DNA from: Anthoceros angustus
Taxonomy: Eukaryota; Plantae; Anthocerotophyta
Reading direction: 5' to 3'
NCBI GenBank assembly: GCA_010909165.1
Contig: MU008208.1
Location: 215,545-279,544, forward strand
DNA length: 64,000 bases
Below the pieces are notes generated by a model. That model worked only from the letters and a program-made list of their open reading frames with translations, was not told where the DNA came from and did not search any database. The first letter of the stretch is position 1. Each line of letters opens with the position of its first letter. Shown here in pieces: positions 22,854 through 37,099 of the stretch. A program made the translations under genes and the position numbers.

Positions 22854-25562
22854 AAAGGGCCAACATAGAACATGCCCTTGCAAAATAGGCGAGCATGTTG
22901 AGTAGTAGATGTTCACAATTATATAGTTCTCTATGGGACTCACCCTATTAGGTGGAAGGCGCCTACTTTATTCTTGCCGCTCATTAATACGATGTTATCA
23001 ATTCAAACCGTGCACAAAGCGGACCGCGAAGAAAGTGTCACCCACATGCTCTTTGTCGTCTTGTCCCAATGCACGAGGTTAATTAATATGCCCATGAACT
23101 CGGAAATGCGATTGTTGCTTCTTGCTATCGCTAACGCGAGATGGGAATGGATAGAAGTTCATCTATGTACAGTGCGGGGAGTGGGTGGGCGCGGCATGCG
23201 GCATACGTGTGCCTTGTATCGACCAGCCACAATAAAATTGGGAAAAAACCGCGCCTTGATGTTGCATTGGCGTGTGCGAGAATACAACCAAGGCCGTACA
23301 CCTCATCCACGTTACAAAGCTGCTGGCTCATGCTCAACACTTCATGCATATCCATATATTTCCCAAACCACTCACCATGCGTGTAAAAGTTGCATATTAC
23401 AAAGCATAGCAGCCCTCTGCAGCCCTACATGGACTTAAATATGGGCATGTTTTGCAGTGCAAAAATTTCTTCCAACAAATCCCTTTGTTTGGCCACCCCA
23501 TGTCATGAACTCATGTTTAAGAACATGTGCCACCCTTTTTTTCCCTCTTACTTTCAAACAAATAGTCCAAGAAGGGTTTGAGTGCCCATGTTGCCGCCGG
23601 TTATTTGTATAAAGTGGGAAAACGCCGCTTCATGTTTATTACGACGGAAAGAACATTATGGTGTTCCTCGTCCCTATCCTCCCTGGCGGGTTGCGGCTGA
23701 CTTACCTCAAGGCTGGTTACGTTGGCCGCGTCCTGCTCCTCCTGGGGTTCTTCTCCACCGCTGCCGTCGTCACCGAACAAGGCCACCAAGGCCCCAGTGC
23801 TGTCCCCATGCCCTTCTTCTCCTTCCACTCCTTCTGACCCTTCCGGAGGTCCGTCCAGTTGTAGCGGGTGCCGAGAAGCTTCCAACGCCTTGAGGAGCTC
23901 AGCGTGGTAGTAGGCAAAATCCGAGTCGATTTGCTAGATTGCCTCTTCCACATGCGCCCGGAGCACCCGATAGGGCACCAAGAGGAGGGAAGCGGGAATA
24001 TCTTCCCACACTTCCCTAGGTGGTGAGGGGGTCCGTTCAGGGCGTATGGAGTTGAATCCCTCGATTCGTCCTCCTCCGGACCCGTTTGGCCCTAGAGAAA
24101 TTGAACTCGGGCGCCCTTGCCGCTCACTTCGGTAGGGCCCGGCCCTTTCAAGGCGCCCGCTCTTCTTCCCCATCCTTGAGGAGGTCGTAGTGTCCCACAC
24201 ATGGATCGAGATGAGGCGGTCCATGGGTGGCTTCTTCTCGACTTGGCGGGCCTCCCTGGCTGAACTGGCGGCAGTCATCCTTTGATCGACCCTCTTTCCC
24301 GGCTGCAGGTACATGCGGGAACACCAATAAGTTGTCACCAAGGTGATCCACCTTGGTGAGCGAGTTCGATGGGCGATGATCCGGCCATCACTCACCCTCC
24401 CGTCCCGCAGTCCGACATCAACCAGCCATTGAGTTTGTTAAGCGCGTTCGAACCAGCGCCATACCTTGGCCTCTATCTTTCCCTCGCCTTGGCGGGGTTC
24501 TGGACTCGCCCCAATCTCCTGCTTGGGCTTGTAAACGCCCTCGGGACCTCCAAGGTCCACCTCACGGGATCCTCCGGAGGTTCTTGGATCGAACCTCCTT
24601 GTTGGCCGCTGCCAACATCTTCCGGGCGAACTCCCGGACTAGGGCGACACTGTCAAATGTCCAGACAGCCTGGAACACGTCTAGGTGCCACTCCTTGACC
24701 AATCCCCCCGCCACCTCCAGCCACGGCCCAAAGTCCGGATAGCGCTGGGTGACAATGTTGCGCTCCACCAGGTTGCATGGCGCCCATACCTCCGCAGCCT
24801 TCTTGGGTCCCATCGCCTTCTTCTTCTTACTCCAGCTGAGCGATTGTCCGTGATCGGCTCGGCACGATCGCCCTCTGCGTTGCTCCAACCTCAAAGGTGA
24901 GCCGCGGGTGCTGGCGTTCGGAGAGATAGTGCAGGCGGGGTGCAGGGCGCAGAGCTGCGGTGTCTCGAGGTCGCATGCAGAAATGACCCTCCTCGTCGGC
25001 GGCGTCGTTGGGAGTAATGCCTGGGCGGGAGGGTGCCCTTCCTGTCATGCGCAGTGCATGGCTTACTCTCACCTTGCGCTTCCGCCTACTCTGCCTTCTG
25101 TTGTCGTGATGTCACGGGCGTGAATACACGCCTCGGCCCCAGCAAGGCTCGGTCTGGCTGCTTTGCATGCGATCTTCCATTCAGGACCGTCCACGTGGCG
25201 CCGCTCTGTCTGACTCACGACTCAACTTCTAATTTACTTTCCCTGGCGTACTTGTCTTGTTTTAACCCGGAGTGGGTTCCGGACTTATCCGATACCCCAG
25301 TGCGCGGTCCGTGGCTCGTCGTAGTGGTACCGGGGTCCGTTACCTACTCCGGTCCGAGTACACTCAAGTACACCGCAGTCCGGGCCGTCATGCTTATTCC
25401 TCCTTTTCCGCCTTATTTTTACACTTGGACCTCTGAAAAACAAAACCCAACTTATTTCCTAACCCCCAAGGGAAGTCCGTAGCCCACATAAGGCTCTACC
25501 GGCATCCCTAAGAGTGGCTTGATAGCTAGAAACGAAGGGTTGATAGCTGGGTGGGAGGCTTG

Positions 25563-26347
25563 TCAATAGCGTACTCTGACATCAAGCTCGATCATGATAC
25601 TGACCAAGGAAATGAATTGTGACTGGTCATCGAACTTGCCTACAAAGGTAGCTGCCTTATCGCCTTCACGCATGCGAAAGCTCAGCCAAATCTGAGAACA
25701 CATGGTGACCATGTTCTTGACGTCATAAGTGTCACTGAGCTGCTTCCACATTTCCTCGGCACTGGTGAGGTAAGCAATGTTTGGGACAAGCACGTCGTCC
25801 AAACCGCTTATGAGAAGAGCTCGAGCAACATTATTAGAGTGTGACCATTTGTCCTGATCATATTGATTGGCATTTGCTGCAGCGCGAGGAGTGCTCCCAC
25901 ACACCACGTCCCACACATGTCGAGCTTCAAGAGCAGTCCTCATGCGGATACTCCACATAGGATACTTCTGCCCATTGAATCGGTCTTGTTCTTTAAATTC
26001 TGATGTATATGTAGGTTGGTGCATAGGGAGAGCGAACATGTGTTGTCCAGTCCTCCAAGGCCAGGCTGAAGGTTCCCGAGGCTTCCGGGCAAAGGCTGGG
26101 CAGCTTGCCGTGCTCCAATGCCAGGTTGTGGTGGAGGTTGCCCGGGTGCTGCTCCAGCCGCAGGCAGAGGGTTCTGAAAATCAGCAAGGTAAGGGCTATG
26201 CGCACTAAACCCTGCCCCGACTCCAGACAGTGGATTTCCGCGCCCAACTCCGGCGCCAGGCAGAGGATTGGCAGCTCCAGCTCCTGCTGGCAGTGGAGCT
26301 CTGAATCCAGCCCTTGAAGGCGGCAGAAGGTTGAGAAATCGAACCAC
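25563..26347 (-). pseudogene. gag: Ty1/Copia gag (UBN2-type) fragment
   Basis: RFNGQKYPMWSIRMRTALEARHVWDVV...ARALLISGL...SAEEMWKQLSDTY is a typical Copia gag N-terminus. Confidence 0.8.
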
Positions 26348-27303
26348 TGCCGGTGGGAGGAAGAGCTAGTCGAAGGCCTCGATTTTGTCTTGATGAAAAA
26401 CACGCCGGCCCGTCTTGAAGAAGGATGGAGTAATTGACGTGGTGGCGGATAGCGCCGGGCCACCAAAGAGGAGGCCAGCGGCGTTGCTCGGCCGGTCATC
26501 CGATGCATGCCTTGCCGTATTACGTATCCACGAGATTTGATGTGGATGCAAGTGTTGTCGAAGAAGAACCTGCACCCCCCGATGCAGTGGTAGGGCCAGT
26601 GCCGGCCATTCAGACTGTGCTCTAAAAAATTTTGTGTGTGCATGAAGCAAGGTGAGAAGGGAGGCCGGAAAAGGCGTTTGTATTATGGAAGAGGCGTGCA
26701 AAGTTGTGCAACCATCACAACAGCAGTGAAAGGGGGCAGATTCGCCAAGGTAAGCTCGCGTCCTTCAATTTTTCCGCGCTCACGTCCGTTGATGCTCGCA
26801 TGCCACGCGGGATCTCGCGATGACTAACTTGGAAAAACACGCCGGCCGTGCGGCCCCGAAGGATGGAGTAATTGGCGTGGTGGCGGATGGCGGGCCGAGG
26901 AGGCCAGCGGGCGTTGCTCGGCCGGTCATCCGATGCATGCCTTGCCGTATTACGTATCTACGGTTCGATGTGGATGCAAGTGTTGTCGAAGAAGAACACC
27001 CCGATGCGTGGTAGGGCCGGTCTGCCATTGAATGCTCTAAAATTTTGTGTGTGCATGAAGCAAGGTGAGAAGGGAGGCCGGGAAAAGGCGTTTGACGACT
27101 ATGGAAGAGGCGTGCAAAGTTGTGCAACCATGGTGAGCAGTGAAAGGGGGCGAGGCAGTTCATGACGAGGTAAGCTCGCGTCCTTCAATTTTTCCTATGC
27201 TCACGTCCGTTGATGCTCGCATGCCACGCGGGATCTCGATGACTAATCGAAAACACCCCACATGCGATTAAGCCGCTTGGTAAGCGATCCGACTCGAAAC
27301 CCC

Positions 27304-30300
27304 TGTTGGAATGTGCCTTGAAGTGTTTTTTTTTGTTTTTTTGGTTAAGTGTGGTGTGAAAATAAGTCGGGTTGACAGTAGGCAAAGGTATTTATAGAAG
27401 AAATGTCCTTGGCCTATGGGGTTTTTCTTGTTTTATTTCTTAGGTTAGATAATAAATGGAGAACTTCGATGTTCCTTGGCCCATGGACTTGGGATGTCCA
27501 CTAAAAGTCTATATATGTGAGGTAGGGGTTGGTATAATTAGGGAATGATAGGTCTATAGGCTTGGAGTCAATCGATTGGGCGGTGGTGAGCAGTGTGGGG
27601 TTGTGGATTGGGGTGTGGAGGCGGTCGTGAGGTCGAGCAGGGGAAACACGGGGAACTTAACCCTAGGAAATGTAGTCCGTTCAAACAGCAGCGCAATGGG
27701 CGGCGGCGGCGGGCGCAGCACGGCGGGCGCGCGAAGTCGAGGCTGCGTCTGGAGGACATTGCGATCTGCGGGGAGGCGCGAGGCGCACCCACGAAGGAGC
27801 TCGAACCCCCATCAGCGCCCGATCGCGCGGCTAGAGGAGGAAGGCGCTACGGTGGCGGATTGGCGAGGTAGGAACCACAGGCCCGGCCCACAGGTCGTGG
27901 CGGTGTCGGATTTGGTGAGGCCGGGAGACAGAGGATGGCGCCCAAAGTCACAGTGAAATTGCTTGCCCAATGGCCAAACATGGATCATTGGAAAGTTTGG
28001 GAAATTGAAGGAGTGTAGCTTCATGGAAGAAGCGGTGGAATTACATGAACTTGGGAGTGCGAGTGTGCTCGCCATCGAAGGACAAGCAAGCGGGCGAGGG
28101 AATTAGGCGAAGCCTGAGATTGGGACTGGAATTGGTTAGGAGAGTGTATGGGCGCGGCGGAGGAGGCGGTGGTTTGGTGATGGAATCCGGAAAAGGAGCC
28201 TGGCCAGCGGCGCCCTGGTTAAGGCGTAATCAGGAACAGTGGTGTGGCCGAGTGCTTGTGAGCGGTTGATGGGTTTGGCGGATGGCTCCTATGTTTCTCT
28301 GACACAAGCGGGATTATTTGTCGACCACTTCTGCTGTTCCTCCATGAAGTTGTCAAGGCGAAAATCGATTGAGACGAATTCTCTTGACAAGTTGTGTGAA
28401 GAGAGGTTGAACTGATTTCTCCTACCCTCGGCCCTCTCTAATTTCACCATTTACGGTCCATCTTTATGTGCATGCTAGCGCCGAGGTGAAATTGTGGCCT
28501 CCCTTCACATGTGGAAGCCGGTTAGGGAGGTGAAGTGGGCGGAGGAGCCCAAGGAGGAAATCGAGGAATCGGACGGTGAGTCGTGGCGGCGATTCGAGGA
28601 AGAGAAGGAAATTTCTACCAGCAAAGAGGAAGGCCGGGGTGGCGGCGGCCTCGGAAAAGGTGAAGGTGGCCAGCGTCAGGTCAGCAGGCGGGCCTGCGAA
28701 AATGAAAAGCGGCGGTTGAGGTGGCGGAAGAGGAGGCGCGATCCGAGGAAGACAATTTTCTTGACTGGATGCGGATGATGAACCAACCCGGAGGGATTAG
28801 GGGCGACCTCGAGCGGACCCCTCCTCGGCATGGGAAGAGATTTTCAAGGGGACTCCAGCAGCAGGTGGATGCCGGAATTGGTGAGGTGCGCACCTTCGGG
28901 AAGGAAAGTGCTCGGAGGGATGGCGTCTGCGGGGCCGCCTGGTGGTTGCGAGCCCACATCGATGATCCGGGCCCAAGCGGTTGTTGGATCAAGCGGCCTT
29001 GGCTCTCACATGGCTCGGTGTGCAAGGCGGAGGAAGTGGTGAAGGCCAGTTTGTGAAGGAGGCCAAGCGCAAGCAAGCTGGAGGAAGACAAGCGGGCCCT
29101 AGAGGAAATAAGGGCCAAGATTCAGAGGAGTTGTGCAGGCTCGGGAGAAGTTGCGAGGCCATGACGAGTCGAGCTCATGGCTCAAATTAAGGATGCCCAC
29201 AGACAAACCGGAGATGCGGGGAGTTGTTGCGAGCCCGGGAGGCGAGGCGGCCTCGGTGGAGAAGGCCCATAAGGCGGAGGCAGTATAAGCAGGAGGCGGG
29301 ATGAGGCACGTGGCAGGGAAAGGACAAAGGGAAAGGCGAGTAGCGGGACCACGGCGGGGTAGTGGAAGGAACTACGAAGGAAGGAAGCGACAAGTGTGGC
29401 AAAACACCTACGGGGTTGTTGAGCAGCGGCGGTCGTGGAGTCCACCATGAGTGGAAGGCACACTGCATTGGCGAGCCCAACTGGAAGCGGCCAAGAGCGG
29501 AGCGGCAGGATGCGCGGCACCCGCGAGGACATGGACCAAGCAACCGGTGTAGCCTACGGGAGGAGGGTAAGCACCTCGGCCATGTTGAGGAGGTAGGAAC
29601 CACAGGTGACCCCACATCGTGGCAGTGTGCGTTGGGAGGCCGGAAGGTGAGAGGATGGCGCCCAAAGTCTGCTTGCTTGCCCAATGGCCAAACATGGATC
29701 ATTGGAAAGTTTGGTGGTGAAGAGTGGGTTTCATGGAAGAAGCGGTGGAATTACATGAACTTGGGGTGGTGCGAGTGTCGCCACACGAAGGACAAGCAAC
29801 GGGCGAGTTAAAGAAGCCGGGATTGGGACTGGAATTGGTTAGGAGGTGTATGGGCGAGAGGAGGAGGCGGTGGTTTGGTGATGGAACCGTCCGGAAAAGA
29901 AGCCTGACGGCCGCCGCCTGGTTAAGGCGGGCGTGTCGAACCAATTTGGTTGTGAGGTAGCAGAGATTGATGGGTTTGGCGGATGGCTCCTATGTTTCTG
30001 ACCTGAAGCGAGGATTATTTGTCGACCACTTCTGCTGTTCCTTCATGAAGTGGTCAAGGCGAAAATCGATTGAGGGAATTCTCTTGACAAGTTGTGTGAA
30101 GAGGTTGAACTGATTTCTCCTACCCTCGGCCCTCTCTAATTTCACCATTTACGGTCCATCTTTATGCATGCTAGCGCCGAGGTGAAATTGTGGCCTCCCT
30201 CCACATGTGGAAGCCGGTTAGGGAGGTGAAGTGGAAGGCGGAGGAGCCCAAGGAGGAAATCGGAGGTGGGAGTCGGTGGCGGCAGGCGATTCGAGGAAGA

Positions 30301-32760
30301 GAAGGAAATTTCTACCAGCAAAGAGGAAGGCCGGGGGTGGCGGCGGCCTCGGAAAAGGTGAAGGTGGATCAGCGTCACAGGTCAGCAGGCCCTGAAAATG
30401 AAGGCCAAGCGGTTGAGGTGGCGGAAGAGGCGCGCGATCGAGGACAATTTCTTGACTGGATGCGGATGATGAATCAACTCCGGAGGGTTTAGGGGCGACC
30501 TCGAGCGGACCCCTCCTCGGCATGGGAAGAGATTTTCAAGGGGACTCCAGCAGCAGGTGGATGCAGGAATTGGTGAGGTGCGCACCTTCTGGGGAGGAAA
30601 GTTCTCGGCGGAGGGATGGCGTCTGGCGGCGGGGCCGCCACAAGTGGACTTGCGGGGCACCACATCGATGATCCGGGCCAAGCGGTTGTTGGATCAAGCG
30701 GCTTTAGCTCTCACATGGCTCGGTGTGCAAGGCGGAGGAAGTGGTGAAGGCCGGGTTTGTGAAGGAGGCCAAGCGCAAGCAGAGGAAGACAAGCGGAACC
30801 TAGAAATAAGGGCCAAGATTCGAAGATTATGCGGGGCCGGAGAAGTTGCAAGCCATGCGAGCGGCGGAAGCTCATGGCTCAAATTAAGGATGCCCAGAGC
30901 GAACCGGAGATGCGGGGAGTTGTTGCGAGCCCGGGAGGCGAGGCGGCCTCGGTGGAAAGGCCCATAAGCTGGCGGAGCAGTATAAGCAGGAGGCGGGATG
31001 AGGCACGTGGCGGCAGGCGATTCGAGGAAGACAAGCGGAAGAGGAGGCGGTGGCGGGACCACGGCGGGGTAGTGGAAGGAACTACGAGGAAGGCGGCAAC
31101 AGTGGCGAAACACCTACGGGGTTCTTTGAGCAGCGGCGGTCGTGGAGTCCACTACAGCGGTAGTGGGCGCTACCGGCATTGGCGCCCAACTCAGGCGGCG
31201 GGCGGAGGCGGCAGGATGCGTGGCGCCTCGCGGACATGGACCAGCAACGGTGTAGCCTACGGGAGGAGGGTAAGCACCTCGGCTGAGGAGGTCCTATTAT
31301 GTTGCGGCACATGGATGAGGAAACTTATGTTCTGGTCTATATGTGAATGGGGAGCGTGCTTAACTTCCATCCATGTGCGTGTGGAAATAGGAGGATCGGG
31401 GCCTACCTCACGCAAGTGAGGACTCGAGTGCATACTTCTACCACTGCGGAGTGTGGGGTTGGCCCCTATTATGGAGGCGACTTTGGAGGAGTTAAGTGAG
31501 GAGGAGGTCCGAGGCTTGGGTGGACGAGGCAGTAATAATCCTCGGCAATAGGCGGCAAGCGGAAGATCTGGCTCCGGCGGTACACCTCAAATTAGGGCGT
31601 CCAGCGGTGATGAGTTGTGTGGGAAAACACAGCCGGATCGCGTGGCGGGAGGCTCGTGGCGGCGGCAATGGAGGACGAAGGGCAGGCCGGAGAGGCCGAG
31701 GGCCGATAAGCGTGGCGGATAGTGATAGCATCCTAAGGATAGAATTTGGTTAGGATGCTGCACTAGACCTAGGCGCTCGAATTGTGGGGCGCGTCCCTTC
31801 ATGATAGCCATCTTAGGACCTAAAATCCGGGGCATGGCGCTGACCGTGTATAAAATGCCTCTCGGCACAGATAATTTACAGTTGAGATCCCCCATGGCTG
31901 GTTGGAGCGTCCAATTAAGGGTGTGCGAGGCGCTCCTAGGAATGGTCGAGAGCTTGCTCCATGGTGGAGGAGGAAGGCGATCGGCGTCTTGACAAAGGGA
32001 GGAACCAAGGGATTGGCGCGGCGGGTCTGGAGCTTGCTCGTGTGGCCAGGCTCTTCTCCCTTCGCTTCTTTTTCCGCTAGTTGTGTTCAAATTGAGTGCA
32101 TGTGTGGAGTGAGTGGATGCCAAGGGCGAATCGAGAGAGAGAGAAGGAGTGAGAGCAAATTGGGGAAGGAGAGATTAAATCTTGTCCGATGCGAGGTGCC
32201 GAGTCGTGAGTGGGAAAGGAAGAGAAGAACGGGTGGAGAGGTCATGGTCGGAATTGGTGTGTAAGAATCGCGAATTGAGCCGGTGCTGTCTGAAGGAAGT
32301 GCGCATGGGGAACGGTGGTTCCTGGAGGAAATAAGGTGGTGTGGCGCCCTTGTGTGTGTGTGCATGTGTGTGGATTGAGTGTAGGGAGGCCTAGGAATCC
32401 CCAGTGTCAGGAATCGGGCTGGGCATAGTGCCTGGGGGGTAGCATAACATCCAGACTACGGGTGGAGTCAACCCCGTACCAAAGATCCGGTGAGCCGAAT
32501 CAGTCGCTAGGGTTTGGTGTGGGACCCACCTCGGTAGTCGTACCACTACCTGGTAGTGGCGCGGACTACCGCGGTAGTAGAACGGGGAACGAGGTCGGGG
32601 GGTTAGATCCGTGGTAGTTGGACAAGACGGGAGGTAGTAGTAGTTGAGTAGATGGGGTGGAGAGGTGGTAGCGGGTAAGCCACGACTTAGGCAAGGTCGG
32701 TAGTGATAGAAGATAGCGTCTCTTGGCACAAACCATTCCCTTGGGAGGCGAATCCGGACT
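27304..32760. repeat. Unclassified TE-derived sequence containing a ~1.7 kb tandem duplication (~27870-29585 / ~29590-31280)
   Basis: Starts with TGTTGG. The sequence near 27325-27366 resembles the outer end of the Athila-like LTRs. No domain was recognised. Confidence 0.35.
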
Positions 32761-32769
32761 ACAACGACA

Positions 32770-33934
32770 TTGAGGGTGAATGTGGACCTCACCGTGTCTC
32801 AGGACACGAGTTTACACCTTGTTCTGCACTGTGATTCAGCTCCCGTTGTCAACAAAATCTACACAGAGAAGCCCTGCGTGGCTTGGGATCTTCAGAAAAT
32901 TGAAGAGCCACTGCCCTTCAATGCCGAATCCAAGCCAAAAGTGTCTCTGAATTGCTTGCATAGAGTTTGCAAATCAAACGCAAGCTCTTCCACCCGCGAG
33001 CTTAGTTGAGCGATTTCCACCTTGAGCCCAAGTAAGCAGAGTTTCACTTGCATTTCATGGAAAGTATTCTTAGGTTGGGCGAGCTCGAGAGGGTCTTCAG
33101 GTTTGTGACAAAAAGATCTCTGTGGGTGGAGATGTCGGTGACGCTCACAGTACTCGATGGGTAGTCTTGGATTAAATCTTGTTGATGATGAGGGCAGGGG
33201 CTGGCTGTTTCTCACACAGGTTGTGTTGCGTGTTATTGCAGGGACACGTCCAGCCACCGGGTGTGGCCTGGGAGCCTGGTGAAAGAACTCAACGTTCCTT
33301 GCAGCACGGGAACGAGAATGTCAGCCAGCTCTGCGCCTCGGCATCTTCAAGGATCTGACACCCAAGTAGCCAGCTGTGCAGCGGAATTAGTGTAGGAATT
33401 TGCTGTACTTCTAACTCCTATGTGAGATGCAAGTGCGAGGGGTATGTTGTGCACACAACTGAGAAGCCATAGAATTTTTGGCTTCTACGTAGCGTGCCCA
33501 ATTATACTTCTCGCGTCTTCTCATCTAAGTTAATAGGAGTAGACTAGCACAAATAGTGCTAGGTTCAGCAGCATGATTTCACATGCTCTGATTTAAAGAG
33601 ATAGCAATTTGACGGTTAAGTCAGAGTATTGCACACAATCCATATTCCAATTTTGAAATATGGATAATGTACAAAATTCTGACTTGACCGTCTTCTAGCA
33701 ATTACACGTGCGCAGTAGTGTAAAACTAGAAGGATCTGAATTCAAGCTCTGATACCATGTAAATAATAGCAAGAGTGGCTAGCTAGAGCAGTGAGCGAGA
33801 GCAAACACTTGCACAGAAAACTTATCAATTAAAAATGTAAAGTGTAGCTTAAATACAATGAATAAATAACTGTTCATATAAAGCTAACCTAACCCTAACT
33901 TAAGTAACCAGCAAATGTGGTTATATATTTAACA
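32770..33934 (-). mobile_element. tRNA-iMet-primed LTR retrotransposon remnant (177-bp LTR 33758-33934, PBS 33746-33757, degenerate gag-like sequence)
   Basis: Minus-strand TGGTATCAGAGC directly after ...TACA. LTR ends are TGTAAATA and TATTTAACA. It is inserted into an Athila-like LTR. Confidence 0.7.
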
Positions 33935-35035
33935 CTCACCCGTCTGTCCAGCAGGTCCGACATTAGCCACCCGTTTGAGGACCGCTGCGTCCGCGGCCTC
34001 AAGAGCGCCGCCTTTGCTACCTCCACCTTCCCTTTCACCTTAAGGGGCTCCGGAACTACACCCCCGATCTCCTCTGCTGGGCGGTTGTAGACCACCCCCA
34101 GGACCTCCACGGTCCATCTCCTCGGGTCTTCTCTCAGGCTCTTGGAGCGGACGGTTTTGTTGGCCGCCGCCAGCATCTTCCGGGCGTACTCCCGGACCAA
34201 TGTCATGCTGTCGAAGGTCCACACCGCCTGGAAGATGTCCAGGTGCCATTCCTGCACCAGCTCCTCTGCCTCCTCCAGCCAGGGTCCGAAATCTGGGTAG
34301 CGCTTGGTGACAATGTTCTTCTCTACTAGGCGCCAGGGCTCCCAGACCTCCGCCGCCTTCTTGGGTCCCATACCCTCGCGCTGGCTAGTATGCTGCTGTG
34401 AGGTGGTGGGCGACAATACTTCCGCTAAGTTCCACCGCGATGAGCGCTCAGTTCGGAGGCGATGGCCGCTCGTAATTGCGCTCGGGGCCGGGAAGAGATA
34501 GTGCCGAGGCGGGGTGCACAGCTGAGTGGCTGAAATCGCCAAGTGTCGAGAGAATGACCTTCTCGCTCAACGCCGGAGTAAGAAGCGGAGGCGTCCTTCA
34601 CGCCGTAATTGTCCCCGCCCAGAATTGTCCTGCGTTGCTTACTCTAGCTTTACGCCGCCACGCGCAGCGCCTTATCATGGCATGTACTGGGGCGTGGTTA
34701 CATGCCCATAATACTGGCAACCCCTCCCCGTCCGTCACATGCTGCCCCTCTCGACCGTCCACGTGGCCCCCCTTGCCAAAACACGCTCCCCGTTCGAAAG
34801 TTACCTTTCCCGGCGTACTTATCGCGACTTACTCCGGAGTGCAGTCCGGACTCACCCCGGTCTACTCCGGAGTGCGGTCCGGAGTCACCCTGTCCTTATG
34901 CGTTTCGGTCGTTCATCCCTTTTTTACCCGTCCCGATCTTATTTCCCCTTTCTCGCCTTATTTCTCACTCCACACTAACCAAAAAACAAAAAACTAGCTC
35001 ATTACCTTCCTAAGGGGGAGAGCCTATGGTCCACA
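33935..35035 (-). mobile_element. Third Athila-like LTR fragment, carrying the cleanest copy of the LTR-embedded ORF (ATG at 34371)
   Basis: Ends in TGGTCCACA like the LTRs ending at 4540 and 25488. ORF MGPKKAAEVWEPWRLVEKNIVTKRYPDFGPW...SNGWLMSDL. Confidence 0.7.
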
Positions 35036-37099
35036 CACACCTCCATCTTGCAGCCTAGCTGCAAATTTAGCCTGCCGTGAGCGCTCTACCATGGCCTCTC
35101 CTAGTTCAGCACACGGCCCTGTCGTGCCATCCTCACATCGTGACTCCACTGAGAGCACTTCCACATGCATCGGCACCGCCATGGCCTCCTCTTGCAACCC
35201 TTATGGCTGCTGAGCATGAGCATGAACCCCGAACATGAGCCCCTCGCTCCCATCCTTGCACCGATTGCTGGTCCTCTCTCACATGCTAAGCTCCTAGCCC
35301 AAACCCCTGCAGCAAATCCTCCACAATTCCACCATTACGGGCACTTGGCCCATCTTCTTGCAACAACCCTTGCCACACATCTCTACCTAGCAGCCCTCCT
35401 TACTGCAAAATCTCAGCAACATGAGCACCTTGCCCATGTCTTACTTCTTTCATACGTGTGGCAAATTACTTTGCCTTCCCCTCAAACTTGGTGGTGGCTC
35501 CCAATAATCAAGCCTTTGCCTCTGCAAGCCTATCAACAGCTACTTGTGCAGCAATCTCAAGATACTTCGTTGGCTTAATTGTCTTCACCCTCTACTCCTC
35601 ATTCTCTAATAAATTGCCTCAAGATTCACCACCACACAACTACACCTATGCCAGACATAAAATCTAACAACTACAAAACTCCTTGTTGGCACTATAACAC
35701 CTAGCACCAACAAGCCAAAGGAAGAAAAATTAGCCGCTACCCCACTCAAAGTCGATCAGCTCTTGGTTTCCTCCATGCGAGCCTCCACTATCCGCATATA
35801 GCAAAGCAAGTCGTGCCCTCTTGGCAACCATAGCATCCTTGCTACCGGCATCTTCCATAACCCTAGAGAAAGAGGGTTTCCCCTTCTTTTCCTCTCCACC
35901 TGCACCTATTATGGCGCTCTCATCCTCAAAGTCCATCAGCCTCCCTTAGGCGCCCCTATCAGCACCCACCATTGGCTCCACTCCTTGGGCATGTGCCGCC
36001 CCAATACCATCTCCACTCTTCGCAACGCCACCTCTTGTCGCACCATCATCTGGACCTATAGACATAGGGCGACCCCTTACATTGGTAGGGCCAGCCTGCT
36101 TGGTCCCTACACTTACAAGACAACTATCTTGGAGGGCAATAGGCCCTCACGCCTCCAATTACACCAACTCGGATCACCGGTCAACCACTTGCTACTCAAG
36201 GTTAGCCCCTTCTACCTAACTAATTTTCCCTACGTCCTACCTCTAGGACCCAAGTTCCTACAAGATTTCCCTATTTATGCCATAGTAAACCCCCCCAAAA
36301 TTAGTTAAAATACCCACTGATAATTCTCTTCCACTTCACTCGAGTTCTCTCTAGTTTGCTTCACCTCTGCTCCAGTTTTGCTCCAGTTTGATCCTTGTCG
36401 CACGAGGTGAGAACTTGCATTCATATGAGCACTTCCTCAATAAATAGCCAAGCAAAACAAATCTAATATGCAAATATAGGTGCAAATCAATAACAATAGG
36501 AGAGAGTAGCACATCGTACACACACCCGCCCGAGAACAACAAAATTTCTCACACATTAATTCATAGCTTTGGCCTCCTCACAACACTCTTGCATTGCATA
36601 TCCAGAGGGCAAGCCATGATATGAACTTGTCCTCTGTGAAAGGGTCTATATGTACTAGCCCTTGGGATCGGCATATTCCTATGATATCCTATTAGCATCA
36701 ACATATGCCGAAAATATCCTAAGAATACACTATAATATGCATGGAATATGTTAAAGCATATTACTTGTGCTTATCCACTTAGCTATTGCTAAGCATGTTT
36801 AATTAATATTAATCAATAATTAATTATAATAAGTTCATTATATTATTAATACTAATTACTTAAAGATAAGTAATTGGATTAATGAACACTAATCAAACAC
36901 TAAACCGAAGCACTCATATTAGTGTCATATGGCATGACAGCTGTCACACGAGGTAAGCACTTGCATTCATATGAGCATTTCCTCAACGGATAGCCAAGCA
37001 AAACAAATCTAATATGCAAATATAGGTGCAAATCAATCCCCCTGATAATGTGAGACTCCAAGTCAAAATATTATCATTAGTAGGACTACACACGTACGC

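Larger units (their letters stand above)
12889..23665. mobile_element. DNA transposon E1 (Sola-like transposase + ParB-methyltransferase cargo)
   Basis: TIR AACACCATAATGTTCTTTCCGTCG matches 24/24 at both ends (12889; 23642-23665). The 4-bp TSD CCTC is at 12885-12888 and 23666-23669. The paralogous empty site near 1378 (GGCCCTCCTCCCT) aligns with the rejoined flanks. The left end is duplicated at 14122. Confidence 0.9.
11658..25488 (-). mobile_element. 5' LTR (~3 kb net) of a second Athila-like element, split by DNA transposon E1
   Basis: TGTGG...CCACA ends. 11658-12888 and 23670-25488 are colinear with the LTR at 133-4540. Confidence 0.7.

Noticed and set aside
35036-36300. Possible decayed gag-like coding sequence
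   Set aside because: Many stop codons and no intact motif.
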